A stretch of DNA of 63,669 bases, the filler included, from Folioceros fuciformis (lineage: Eukaryota), in the NCBI GenBank assembly GCA_049999805.1. It is 14 parts of 14 records of this genome, joined end to end, with 100 filler letters (N's around TTAATTAATTAA, not from the genome) between each part and the next. Parts side by side here need not be neighbours in the genome. Positions count along the whole stretch, not along the records: positions 49,876 to 52,483 come from JBNGIO010002254.1; positions 52,584 to 55,329 come from JBNGIO010002255.1; positions 55,430 to 58,832 come from JBNGIO010002256.1; positions 58,933 to 62,318 come from JBNGIO010002257.1; positions 62,419 to 63,669 come from JBNGIO010002294.1; 9 more parts are not named here. One strand, given 5' to 3'. This document shows, in pieces, positions 52,243-63,669 of this stretch (its first letter is position 1; the number at the start of each line of letters is the position of its first letter). A model generated the notes under the pieces. That model was not told the origin of the DNA. It made no database searches and saw only the letters and a program-made list of their open reading frames with translations. The position numbers were made by a program, and so were the translations under genes.

Positions 52243-52483
52243 TGTGGAGGCAAAACCCCGGGCACTGATTGCCGACGGGTTCCACCTTTAGTGGCCACAC
52301 TTATCCCACTGTCGTTGAGACATTGGGTTTCGTTCCCACGAAGGAGCGATGGGGTTCCTTGCTGCTGTGGATGGAGGGTCGGACTTGATCGACTCGATGA
52401 CGGATTCGAGGGCTCCCCTCCAGCTCCGATCAGGCGTAGGACAGGCCTCGCTGTCCGGCGGTCAGCTGCACCTCTCTCGGTGC
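52243..52483 (+). mobile_element. LTR start, family C/D (TGTGGAGGCAAAACCCCGGG), inserted into copia
   Basis: Near-identical to 58079-58319. Confidence 0.9.
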
Positions 52484-52583
52484 NNNNNNNNNNNNNNNNN
52501 NNNNNNNNNNNNNNNNNNNNNNNNNNNTTAATTAATTAANNNNNNNNNNNNNNNNNNNNNNNNNNNNNNNNNNNNNNNNNNNN

Positions 52584-52818
52584 GCCTGGTACCGAACCTA
52601 AACCTTCCCAGGTCTGGGACCAAACCTATACCCACTCTTATAACCAAACCAACTATTTCCTGGTCAATTAACCTAATTAACACACAGAAAAATAGGAAAA
52701 ATGACCAGAAAATCAAGGAAAATTAGGGAAAATAAGTTGAAAAAGAAAACCAAACCATACCACTATTAACCCTTTTTCAACCAAAACAAACTACTACCCC
52801 AAACTTTGGAGGTTCACA
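52584..52818 (+). mobile_element. LTR end, family C/D, followed by TSD GCCGC
   Basis: Ends GGTTCACA; 52819-52823 is GCCGC. Confidence 0.9.
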
Positions 52819-53261
52819 GCCGCTCATAATTAAGAGCACCTGCTAACCACTGGGCAAACTTAATGGCGGAAGCGCACCCGCCACCAGCATGTATGAGAGG
52901 CCTGTTGGCGCCTCAGAAAGTAGCAAAAAACCGACATTCCGAGCTTGAGGAGGCTTGGCGATGACCGCTGCTGGATACGGAGATCCAGGTAGGTGAGTGC
53001 ACACAGTGTTCCTGGGTGGCGGCGTTCAGGTTGCGTTGCTCTGCGGCGATGGTTTCAGGGACAAATCGGGAGGAAGAGCCTCGTCAAGTGGAAGCTAGTC
53101 TTCCCTGCTATCCCCATTACTTTCCGTTGTGTATGGTGGTGGGAGCAAGAGGGGACGAATCCGCCAGCTGCGGAGTGGAGGCGGCAACCACATCCCTTAT
53201 TCCTTGGTGTCCCTGCCACCTCCTTAATCACTGAAAGGGGGTGAGGCCGAGGACCCACTAA

Positions 53262-55130
53262 GTGAACTTAGTGGAGATGGCAGACCAAGGACCAGCCGAG
53301 TTACAAATTGAGATCGTAGGGTGTGCGATTAAGAAGGTACCTCTAGACACAGGGTATGGAGTGAACATCATGACTGAAGACACAGCCCGGAAGCTGGGAC
53401 TGGAGATTGAGCACACAGCCAAAGTTGTGCGGCTGGCGGACATGTCAAAAATGGCTCCCGTTGGGGAGATCCTTGGAGTTCTGACTCACATCGGCACCAT
53501 TTCATATCTCATGGATTATGTGGTGATTAAGCAGAAGGTCCCAGGATATGAAGTACTGAATGGAAGGACCTGGATGTACGGTGCCAGATGTACCTTTAGG
53601 TGGGGACGAAAGGAGGTAGGTTTCAAACCACTGGATTGGGACCCGAAGACCAAGGAAGGAAGAATCTACTTGTCGTGGAGCAAGGACATGTATGCTAGGG
53701 AGACACCCTCCGGGACAGATGGATACACTTCAGCTGAAGAGACGGATGAGCGAGTAGATGAAGATCAGAGGCTCCCCTTTGCACACATCTCTTGGTCAGA
53801 TGAGGAGAAGGATTATCAGCCAAATCTGCCGCTGGTCAATTGCTACAGAGTTACGGAAGACTGTGCAGACGTGGAGTCTGACGTGAAGGTAGTGGAGTCG
53901 ACTACTGAAGTAGTTGAAGGAGAACCGGAGGTAGCCGAACCAACTACCGAGGTAGCCGAAGGGAGACTGGAGGTAGTGGAGATGACTACCGAGGTAATTG
54001 AACCAGTGAAGTCAAAGGTAGGAGAACCGAGAGAGAGGCTGCCTGAGCAAGAGGAGACACCGGAGGGCGTCACACAGATTACCTCTGAAGAACTTTTCCA
54101 TGAGTGGGGAATGAGGGAAGCAGAACCCCAAAGGCTTGAGGAGGGATTTGGTATCACCTCTGCACCGGTGGCACGCAAGTGGGTGTAGGCGGATGAGATC
54201 AAGGACGTGGAGGTCTTACCAGGAAAAATCCTCAAGTTTTCCACCAAGCTAGACGCAGTACTGGAGAAGGGAATGAAGGATCTGCTGGTGGAGTTTATTG
54301 ATGTGCTTGCCTTCGACGTCACCGACATGAAAGGGATACCCAAGGAGCAGGGGGAGCACAAGATCGAGTTGGAGCCGGGCGTCGTACCAGTTAGGATTCC
54401 TCAGTATAAGCTAAATCCCAAGTACTCACTGAAGGTGAAGGAGCAACTGGAACTGTACCTCCGGGCGGACATCATTTATCCTATTGTCACCTCGGAGTGG
54501 GTAGCGCCGATAGTTGTGATACCTAAGAAGCAACCAGGCAAGATCAAGGTGTGCCAAGACTGGAGGAGGATGAACAAGGTAACCCAGAAGGACCATTTTC
54601 CGCTGCCATTCATTGACAACATTCTGGATTTAGTCGCGGGGCGGATGATGTACTCTTTCCTGGACGGATACTTGGGATACAATCAGTTGCATCTTCGAGA
54701 GAGTGACTGGCCGCTCACTGCATTCACCACTGATTGGGGAATGTATGCCTACAAGCGCAGTGTTTTTGGATTGACTGGAACGCCAAGGTCTTTCATGAGG
54801 CCAATTGTCAAGATTTGTAAAGATTTCCTCCGTGACTTCATGGAAGTTTTCCTGGACGACTTTTGTGTATTCGGGACAGAGGAGGATCACCTGCGACACC
54901 TGAGGAAATGCCTGGAGAGGTGCAGGGAGGCTAAGCTGTGTCTGCACCTGGAGAAATGTTACTTTGGGATGGCAGAAGGCATCTTGCTGGGACACAGGAT
55001 CTCAGCAAGGGGGATTGAGGTCGACCCTGACAAAGTAAAGATCATCGCAGCTCTCCAACCGCCGACGACACTGAAAGAGTTGATTTTTAGGCATGGTTGG
55101 CTATTACAGAAGGTTCATCGAAAACTTTGC
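53262..55130 (+). mobile_element. Ty3/gypsy (non-chromovirus type) pol fragment: protease and RT
   Basis: Protease VPLDTGYGVNIM; RT EWVAPIVVIPKK, KDHFPLPFID, YSFLDGYLGYNQ, VFLDDF, LLGH. Protease precedes RT. Stop at 54186 and frameshift near 55085. Confidence 0.93.
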
Positions 55131-55133
55131 CAA

Positions 55134-55210
55134 GAGATCGGTGCGCGACCCCCGAATCGGTGCGACACCCGAATCGGTGCGCGACTCCCAAATCGGTGCG
55201 ACACCCCCCA
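55134..55210. repeat. ATCGGTGCG-containing tandem repeats (four copies) where the gypsy RT is cut off
   Basis: Alternating 21/17-bp units. Confidence 0.8.
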
Positions 55211-55429
55211 AATGACATTTTAACTCGCCATTTCGTGCAGGTGGGTTTGTTTTATCCACGCACCAGTATGAATGCGGCCGATTTTGGCACCGGTTCCATT
55301 TTGTGCCTCTTCACACTTGTTGGCACCTCNNNNNNNNNNNNNNNNNNNNNNNNNNNNNNNNNNNNNNNNNNNNTTAATTAATTAANNNNNNNNNNNNNNN
55401 NNNNNNNNNNNNNNNNNNNNNNNNNNNNN

Positions 55430-55647
55430 GGCACGAAATGAGAGTGCCACCCATAGGTCCATAAAAGAAGGGATGAACCCACTTAGTATATGTAGTCTAA
55501 CTCCCTCTTCACTTGTATTGTGTTGTTTTTGTAATTCTCCTTTTTTATTTGAGTTTAAGAGCCTTGTTATAGTGCTCTTAGTTTTGAGATTCTGCATCTT
55601 GCTTCAACTAACTTGTTTTAACCTCCTTTGAGCATGGCGGGGTTACA
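55430..55647 (+). mobile_element. LTR 3' end, family E (...GGTTACA)
   Basis: Overlaps in reverse complement with 34067-34146; terminal CA. Confidence 0.75.
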
Positions 55648-58078
55648 TCTCAACACCTATCCACCTAAGGAATTTTCCTAAGAACATCTTCTCATTCTCG
55701 GAAGCTTCTTGCTCCGGAACGTGCCCTAATTCACTCCTCTTCTCAGGAGGGGCCACTTCCATCGCTGGCATCTGCTCTTGGGGTGCTTCTAGTTCCTCTT
55801 CGTTCGGCTCTTGGTCTGCTGGCTCTTGAATAGCTCCCTACTCCTCCTCAGCCCATTCCTGGACTACCTCCTGTGACGCCGACCCGCTTCCTTTTCTGAC
55901 AATCTGTCCACCGGCCCGTCTCCTCTTGGCGGGAGCCTTTTACCCTGACCCTGCCTTTCTCTTCTGCCTGGTGGGGTTCACCTCCTCCAAACTATCCGCA
56001 TCGCTTGACTCCCAGCTGCTGGAGTCGGCTTTCGTGGGCTTGGCGGGCGTCCACTTTACATCCCTTATCGGTCTCCACATGTGCAGTGAGGTGAGCACCT
56101 CCAGCTCAGACACGAGATTAGCATAGCAGTAGATATGAATTAGGAAGGGAGAAATCATTGAAGGTCGGGGAGAGGACAGGGTTAGATTCTGTCTTTCCTT
56201 GTCCATCCTGGCGTATAGGATTTTTCTTAAGTCCACCTTGCTCCCCTTGACCACCTCGTGCACAAACAGGAGCATCTGGTCGGACAGATAATCCTGCTTG
56301 CGAACCTGCAAGAAACATAGGAACCACCTGGCCAGACCCATCAGCTAAGGGTTGGCCATGTCGCGGACCAGCCACCCGTTGGCTTCCTTCTTGGTGCCTG
56401 GTTTTAGCTCTTCAGCCTCCGTCGTGCCACCTCATTTCTTCAGGGACTCCAGCACCAGTCCCCCCTCCTCCTGCTTTTCGCAGCCATACACTTGCCTTAC
56501 CAGCAAGAAGGTGGGGATAGGATGGAGAACTCCTGCCAAGAGGAGGAGGACTGCTGGGCAGGTCACCAAAAGAGGAAGTGGGTCAGCGCAGCGGGAAGTC
56601 GTCGAGGAGTGGGCTGAGAAGGAACCAGAGGCACCTCAGGAGCAGGTGCTAGAAGTAGAAACGGCTGTGTCTGAGGTGATGGCTGAATTACGGCACGTTC
56701 CGGAACATGAACCCTTCCCAGGATGGGAAGAAATTTTTAGAAGAATCCCTCTGGTGGCCAGACTGTGGATGGAGGATCTGGACAGGTTACAGGTGCTGCT
56801 AGGAAGGTAGATCTTGGACAGGAGCATGGCTCCTATGGGGGAGTCACAGCAAGTCGACCTGCCGGGCCTGACCTCAGCGATGGTGCAGGCCCAGGCAGAT
56901 ATGCTGAACCAGGCTGCCAAGGCACTAACTTGGCTGAGCATGCAAGCGGAGAGGGAAGCTGAATTCCGAAGGAAGCTAGCTGAGTCTGAAGCAGAATGGC
57001 AGCACCTGGAAGAAGTTGGACAAGCCCTAAGCATGGCCAAGGAACGGGTGGAGGAGGAAGTTCGACAGGCGAGAGAAGAGGTTCAGGCGCTGAAGGAGCA
57101 GTAGGAGATGCTCCTAGCTCAGGTGAGAGAGGCCCATGGGACTAACTAAGAAATGCAACAGGAGTTAGTGAGGGCTCAAGAGCAGGAAGCGGCGGTGGTG
57201 GAGCAAGTACAGAAGCTAGCCGACAGGTACAAGTGGGAGCGGGACAAGGCCTGGAATTGGGTGAAGGGGAAGGGCAGAGCCAAGCGAGGTAGTTGAGCGA
57301 CAACGGAGGTAGCCGAAGATGCTACCAGTAGAAGAGAGACAACGCCGGTAGAGGAAGGGTGCCGGTGGAGGTGCCTGCGACCCGACGGTCTGGGAGAGCA
57401 ACTTGCACCAGGAGGACTAGGCAGGGAGGAGCAGCAGCTGGGGGAATGGAAGATCCTCTAGTACCCCTAGAGAGTAGAGGGCAGGCAGCCCGAAGTAGCC
57501 CACGCGAGGAGGGGGCAAGTGCTTCCTTTGCAACAGAGGATCGGATAGTGTTGTAGTATGAGGAGGAGGCCACTTATGTGCCTGGCCTCTATGTGGAAGG
57601 AGCCCGTGTTTTGAAGTTGATTTTATATGTGCGTGTGGGCTTTTAGGAGGGACGAGGGGCTACGGCCTGCAACTGAGGACCCGCAAGGGTTCCTACTACT
57701 ACTGTTGGCGAGTGTGGGGACTACCTCATTGCTATTCAGAGGAAGTCCTAGTGGAGTTGATAGAGGAGGAGGCGCAGGCATGGGTGGAACGGGAGCCGGT
57801 ACTCATCCTCAGCAATCAGCGACGAGAGGAGCAGAGGAGTCCTCCTCGACGGGACCCACCTGCGCCGCCGCCAGCAGTGTCCAGCAGCAGCAGCACTGAG
57901 GTGGAAATCCTCTGGGAGGATCTGCCCGACCAACGGCGGGGAAGGAGAGCCAGAGGCGGGACAGCGAGAGGAGGAGCGCAACGGCCAGGAGCGAGGCGAA
58001 TGCGGCGAGGAGAGAGGCGACATTAAATGCATCCTAGAATAGATTTTTAGGAGATGCTTTTGCTTGGACCTATGCCGC
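55648..58078. mobile_element. Retroelement accessory-ORF region; two diverged copies joined in opposite orientation
   Basis: 55648-~56495 (minus) and ~56500-58026 (plus) are both homologous to 59292-61721. Confidence 0.75.
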
Positions 58079-58832
58079 TGTGGAGGCAAAACCCCGGGCA
58101 CCGATCGCCAACGGGTTCCACCTTTAGTGGCCACACTTATCCCACTGTCGTTGAGACATTGGGTTTCGTTCCCACGAAGGAGCGATGGGGTTCCTTGCTG
58201 CTGTGGATGGAGGGTCGGACTTGATCGACTCGATGACGGATTCGAGGGCTCCCCTCCAGCTCCGATCAGGCGTAGGACAGGCCTCGCTGTCCGGCGGTCA
58301 GCTGCACCTCTCTCGGTGCCCACAAACTCACTCCAGTCACTACAACGACTCTAACCTCTCAGGTCTACGACTTCTCTCACACACTTCACTCACTCTCTCA
58401 CTCCAGCACCAACACCAGCAACTACCAGCCACCAGCAACGACACCACTACCTTCTACACTTCCCTACTGACTCCTCCTACCCGGCAAGAGTCACTAAACT
58501 AACCCCAAACAAAAGGAAGAAGGGAACACACTCCCCTCTTGGGTATCTCCCCCCCTACAACCTTACCAGACACCATGAGACATGGCCGGCCTACAACACT
58601 TGACCAAGCAAGGAACCAGAGTGGACAGGTTGAGAGAAAGACACACCCTTTACAATCAAGAGCTAGGGGCAAGCCCCTACACCCTGGTCATTACACCTTG
58701 TGATCCTACCAGACACTATACAACCGGCAACACGCTGCCCGCGATCCTACCAGACACTGTACAGCCGGCAACACACGGCTTGCGATCCTACCAGACGTTG
58801 CACAGCCGGCAACACACTGCAGGTCCTAGACC
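58079..58832 (+). mobile_element. LTR start, family C/D, preceded by TSD GCCGC; contains ~41-bp tandem repeats at 58700-58830
   Basis: TG start; near-identical to 52243-52483. Confidence 0.88.
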
Positions 58833-59019
58833 NNNNNNNNNNNNNNNNNNNNNNNNNNNNNNNNNNNNNNNNNNNNTTAATTAATTAANNNNNNNNNNNN
58901 NNNNNNNNNNNNNNNNNNNNNNNNNNNNNNNNCGAAAGCGCGGGGAGCGGGAGTAACTTGAAGCGTGAAGCGGCTGAAGGAGGAGAAAGCACCAGGACGA
59001 CGGGGCAGACGGCGCAGGG

Positions 59020-61721
59020 CATGAGGGTTGAGCAGGCGCAGGAGAGTAGGAGACCTCCAAGGCGCGAGCGGTGGAGAGAGCCGGGCGAACAGAGGAAGAG
59101 CCAGAGCGCGACCAGGACAGAAGAGTTCCGAGCCCGAGCGTGAGGGGGGAAGGACAGGCAGGATGAGGTCGCGGCCTGAACTGATCCCTGGAGTAGCAGC
59201 CTCTAGACAGGAGGGGGGACCTCCTGACCCCCGAATCGACCTACTCTTGTGGCCCAATATGGAGTACTAGAGGGTCAGGGCAGGAAAGTTCGTGGCAGAG
59301 CTGCGTCTGACTTTTATGACCCAGAAGTGGAACCATGCAGCACCCCAGCTGGTCCGGGAGTGCGCCCTGAGGCTGATAGAGCCTGTACGCGAGGAGGGGA
59401 GTAGAGGCAGACCCCAGGAATGGAACCTAGAGTTGATCAGGAGGGTCTACGGGCGCGACCAACAGGAGGAAGGGGGACTAGTGCTGGAGTCCCTGAAGAG
59501 GCGTGGCGGAATGGGAGCCGCGGAAACGCTGCTCAAGGTAGGCATGAGAAAGGAAGCGAGCGGGTGGCTGGCGCGCGATATGGCAAGTCCCCAACTGTTG
59601 GGATTGGCCAAGTGGTTCCTGAGCTTCTTCCACGTACGCAAACAAGATTATATGTCCGATCAGATGCTCCTGTTTGTGCATGAAGTAGTGAAGGGCACCA
59701 GGATCGACTGGGGGAGGATTTTATACGCCCGGATGGATGAGGAGAGGCAGAACCTCATCCGACCCACCCCTGAACCTTCTATGATTTCCCCGTTTCTAAT
59801 TCATGTGTACAGTTACGCTAACCTGGTCACTGAGCTAGAAATGCTGGCCTCGCTGCACCTGTGGAAGCCAGTTCGCGATGTGAAGTGGAAGCCCGCTGAG
59901 CCAGCAAGGGCTGCCTCCAGCACTTGGGAAGTTGACAGTGGGAATAGCTCGCAGGAGGAAACCCTAGTCAAGCCCAGGAAGAGGATGGTGCCACAAAAGA
60001 AGACTCCTGCCAAGAGGAAAAGGATCAGAGGACAAAGTGTGAGCATGGGGGCTGATTAGGAGGAAGGGGGGACAGCCCTGGAGCAGACGGGTCAGCAAGA
60101 GGCAGAACGAGTACCAGCTGTCCAGGGAATCAAGGACCGAAGGTTGGAAGAGCAAGGTGAGGGTGAGACAAGACCCGAGGAGCCATCGGATCAGGTGATG
60201 GCAGCCGACACAATTGTCTCCAGACAGGAGGATAAGTTAGGGCACGTTTCAGCACAGGAGGGTTCCTCAAGGTGGAAGGACATTTTCAGGTGCAGGTCTT
60301 AGAGAGACAGGTTGCAGGTGGGAGACCTGGACAAGTTGCGAGAATTCCTGGGCAGACAAATCACGGCGAGAGGAATGGGCGCGGGACGGGTGCAGGAGGT
60401 GGACCTACCCGGGCTGACTGCTGCGATGGTGCAGGCCCAAGCAGACCTCCTGGATCAGGCTGCTAGGGCCCTGACCTAGTAAAGTGTACAGGAGGAGCGA
60501 GAGGCCGAGGCTTGGGGAAAGGAGGAGAAGGCTCGTGAGCGAGAGGCTGAAGCAAGGAGGCAACTAGCGGAGTCAGAGACGGCGCAGCAACTGCTGAAGG
60601 AGAAGCAGCGGGTCTTGGACAAGGAGAAGGCTCAAGCTGAGGAAGAGGCGCGTGAGGCGAGGGCTGAAGTGCAGGCGCTGAAAGAGCAACAGGGGACCCT
60701 GCTAGCTCAGGTGAGGGAGGCTCACGAGACTAACCAGGAGATGCAACAGGAAATGGCTAGGGCACAGGAGATGGAGATAGCTGCTGTGGAGCAGGCTCAA
60801 AAGTTGGTTGACAGATACAAGCGGGAGCGGGATGAGGCCAAAGAGAGAGTGAAGGGGAAGAGCAAGGCTGGGCGCCCGAGTTAGTCGGTGCCCCCGGTAG
60901 TAGAAGGGGCTACCGTTAGCCAAACCAAGGGAATGGTAGTTGATGGGACTACTGGTAGTCTGGTAGTCCACGGGACTACCGGTAGTCGGGTAGCCGACGG
61001 GGCTACCGGTGGCCCAGCAAGGCCCAGGATAGCTGAAGAACCAACCTTGGAAACGAAGGAGGAAGCAGTAGGTGCGCCTGCCCCTAGGCGCTCCAGGAGG
61101 GTGACCCGTACCAGGAGGATAGAGCAGGAGGAGGCAACAGCTAGGCAGGCAAAGAACCTTCATGTACCCCAGCAGGAGGGGGAGCAAGCAACCCGAGGTA
61201 GCCCAAGGGAGGATGGGGTAAGCACCTCTGTTATGACAGAAGGTCGGATTGTGCTGCAGTATGAGGAGGAGGCCTCCTATTTGCCAAGCCTGTATGTAGA
61301 AGGGGCCAGAGTTCTGAAGCTATTTCTGTATGTATGTATGGGCACAGGAGGGACGCGAGGCTACGGCCTACAATTGAGGACACGCCTGGGACTCTACCAC
61401 TACAGCTGGTGGGTGACAGGACTGCCCCACTGCTATGTGGAAGCAGTTCTGGAGGAATTGACGGAAGAGGAGGCCCAGCGTTGGGTAGAACGGGGGCCTG
61501 TGGCTGTCCTCAACAACCAGAGAAGGAGGAGGGGTGGTGGACCACAGCGGCGGGACCCACCTGCGCCGCCAGCCAGGTCCAGCAGCAGCAGCAGTGATGT
61601 GGAGATCCTCTGGGAGGATCTGCCAAACCAACGGAGGGGCAGAAGAGCGAGAGGAGGGGCAGCAAGGGGTGACACGCGAAGGCTAGGAGGAAGCCACAAG
61701 CGGCGTGGGAAAGGGCAATAG
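59020..61721 (+). mobile_element. Retroelement accessory ORFs: helical-domain ORF, coiled-coil ORF, Arg-rich ORF
   Basis: ORFs 59292-60059 (IDWGRILY...SPFLIHVY), ~60380-60884 (Glu/Gln/Ala coiled coil) and 60888-61721. Conserved at protein level with the paralogs at 55648-58026. Confidence 0.65.
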
Positions 61722-62418
61722 TAAATGCAGGCTAGAATAGGATTATTTTTAGCGTGCTTTATTTGGACCTAAGTCGCTCAGAATTTAAGAGCGCAGCTCC
61801 CTTGCCTGACAGACTTTATGGCGGAAAAAACCGCCATCACCGTGTACAAGAGGCCGGTTTGAAGGCCTAAGAAATCAGCAAGAACCAGCCGAACAGTCGA
61901 CCTTGCAGGGACCTAGCGATGGCCGTTGCTGGACAGGAGGTCCAGGCAAGCGAGCGCACGTAGCAACTTGGGGTGCGGGTGTAGGTGGTGGGCGCTCCAT
62001 GATCAAGTCCAGGGACGAATCGGGAGGAGGAGCATCGCCGAGTGGGAGAGAAGCTCAACAGCTATCCTCGAGGTGGTCACGTGGGGTGGTGCGGGTGTCG
62101 GAGCCGAATCCGCGAGTTCGGAGTGGAAGGGACTCCTCTTCCCTTAGCCCCGGTACCTCACCATTCCTCAACGTTAATAGGAGCTCAGGAGGGGGCATCG
62201 CTGAGAAAGAAGACTGAAGAACCGGAGAAAGGAGAGCGCGGGAGTGCGCGTGTGTGAGAAGGAGGAGGAGAGAGTGGCCGAGTAGTGGGTAAGAGCGAAT
62301 GCGAAAAGGAAGCCGGAANNNNNNNNNNNNNNNNNNNNNNNNNNNNNNNNNNNNNNNNNNNNTTAATTAATTAANNNNNNNNNNNNNNNNNNNNNNNNNN
62401 NNNNNNNNNNNNNNNNNN

Positions 62419-62444
62419 TCAATGCCCGGGGTTTTGCCTCCACA
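62419..62444 (-). mobile_element. LTR start, family C/D, reverse orientation
   Basis: Reverse complement of TGTGGAGGCAAAACCCCGGGCATTGA. Confidence 0.85.
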
Positions 62445-63669
62445 CCTAGGCTTGCCTAGAAGGTGACTCGGTGTCAGAAGTCTTAATGGGCCTACCATTT
62501 AGGCCCAATCACCACAAGCCAACATAAACTAAGTCTAAACAGTGGGGTCTAACCCCACTCTTGACAGCCCTCCGCCAGCTGTGTCCTTGGGAGGGAACCT
62601 TCTGATCTTTTGCTGGCTGCAATTATCCTCCTCGTCCTCTTGTGCTGTCACCTCATCAGCTGGTCTCTTCCTTGTGGTTGATTGAGGTGCAATTGTTGGG
62701 CTGCTCTCCAAAGGCATAGGAGGGAGAGACTCCTCCTGTCCTGTAGGCAACACAAGCGACAGATCAACGTAAGCTTCCATCCTGGGGTCAAGTGTCCCCA
62801 AGATCTCTTGTCTGTCAAATGTGCATTCCACATCTGTCGAGCTGCCCCTGGCATCTTGGGTGGGCATAGGACCAGTGCTGTATGTAGAGCCATTCCATCC
62901 TAATGTCAGGATCTGCAGCATAGGGACAAAAGTCCCACAAATCCTTGGGTGACACCTGTCCTGTAAGGCACAAAAATTGTATCTTCTCCTACTTGGGGCC
63001 TTCCTTGGCACTAGAGGGGTGGAAGTGGAGTCCACTTGTCCCTCTGTCTCACCCATGCCCTTCTTTGTCTTCATGTTTCACTAGTTGAGCCCCAAGTTCA
63101 GCCACTGTTGACCACACTTCCGTCCGGCCAAGAGCAAACCACCTCAACGTTGGTGAATCCTACAGTAGGAGCCCACAACACTCTAAACCCCTCACAGCAC
63201 TACTTGCAGCTCCTTCATGAGCTCACAAACCACCCTTCATCACCTCCCCCTACAATTGCTAGATCACCTGCACCTAAGAAGGGAAAGAAAAAGAAGGGGG
63301 GGGGGGGAAGAAAAAGAACAGGAGGCCAAGAGCCACACCCCCTCCTTTACACTCAGCCACAGCCCGTGGAGATTGAGGCACCTGCCTCACTCCTTGCCCC
63401 TTGCCTGTGAGTGAAAGAAAGGAAAAAACACACAAAAAGACCAGGATCTGCACCCCATTCCCCTTCCTCACAACCTAATCCATCACCTCTTGTGGGCAGC
63501 CCTCTAGAGGGAGATTGGCTGGCTCCACATGTTACTCTCCACAGTAAACTTAGCAGATCAGGGGAGTGCAAAAACCCCCACTGAGACCCGCTCCCCTTGA
63601 TCAGCAAATTAGAGAGAAAGGCGGAGTCTTGGGAGGTGGCTCTTCACTCCCTTTGCTCACAGCCCTCCT

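Noticed and set aside
62535-63669. 179-aa minus-strand ORF, possibly the tail of a LINE ORF1
   Set aside because: No diagnostic motif visible and truncated by the window end; cannot be supported.

Overview
Eukaryotic land-plant DNA; a compact, probably non-seed-plant genome is inferred from ~80-100 bp introns and tight gene spacing. The window is 14 contigs joined by 13 artificial 100-bp spacers (44 N + TTAATTAATTAA + 44 N), and most contig ends fall inside LTRs. Most of the sequence is nested, decayed transposable elements: several Ty1/copia families, a non-chromovirus Ty3/gypsy family with accessory ORFs, degenerate DDD-type DNA transposases (one Sola2-like) and many minisatellites. Three intact spliced host genes can be rebuilt by hand, all on the minus strand: a 12-exon AFG1/ZapE-family AAA+ ATPase (about 550 aa), ERH (104 aa) and ADF/cofilin (139 aa). 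The most notable signal is that the AFG1 ATPase reads through a GC-AG intron into two extra exons encoding an EF-hand pair. This suggests a Ca2+-sensing organellar AAA+ ATPase, and retention of that intron would give a form without EF-hands. Also notable: two copia elements with an extra ORF between PBS and gag, two copia copies deleted right at the PBS, and a target-site duplication showing that two contigs are out of order.
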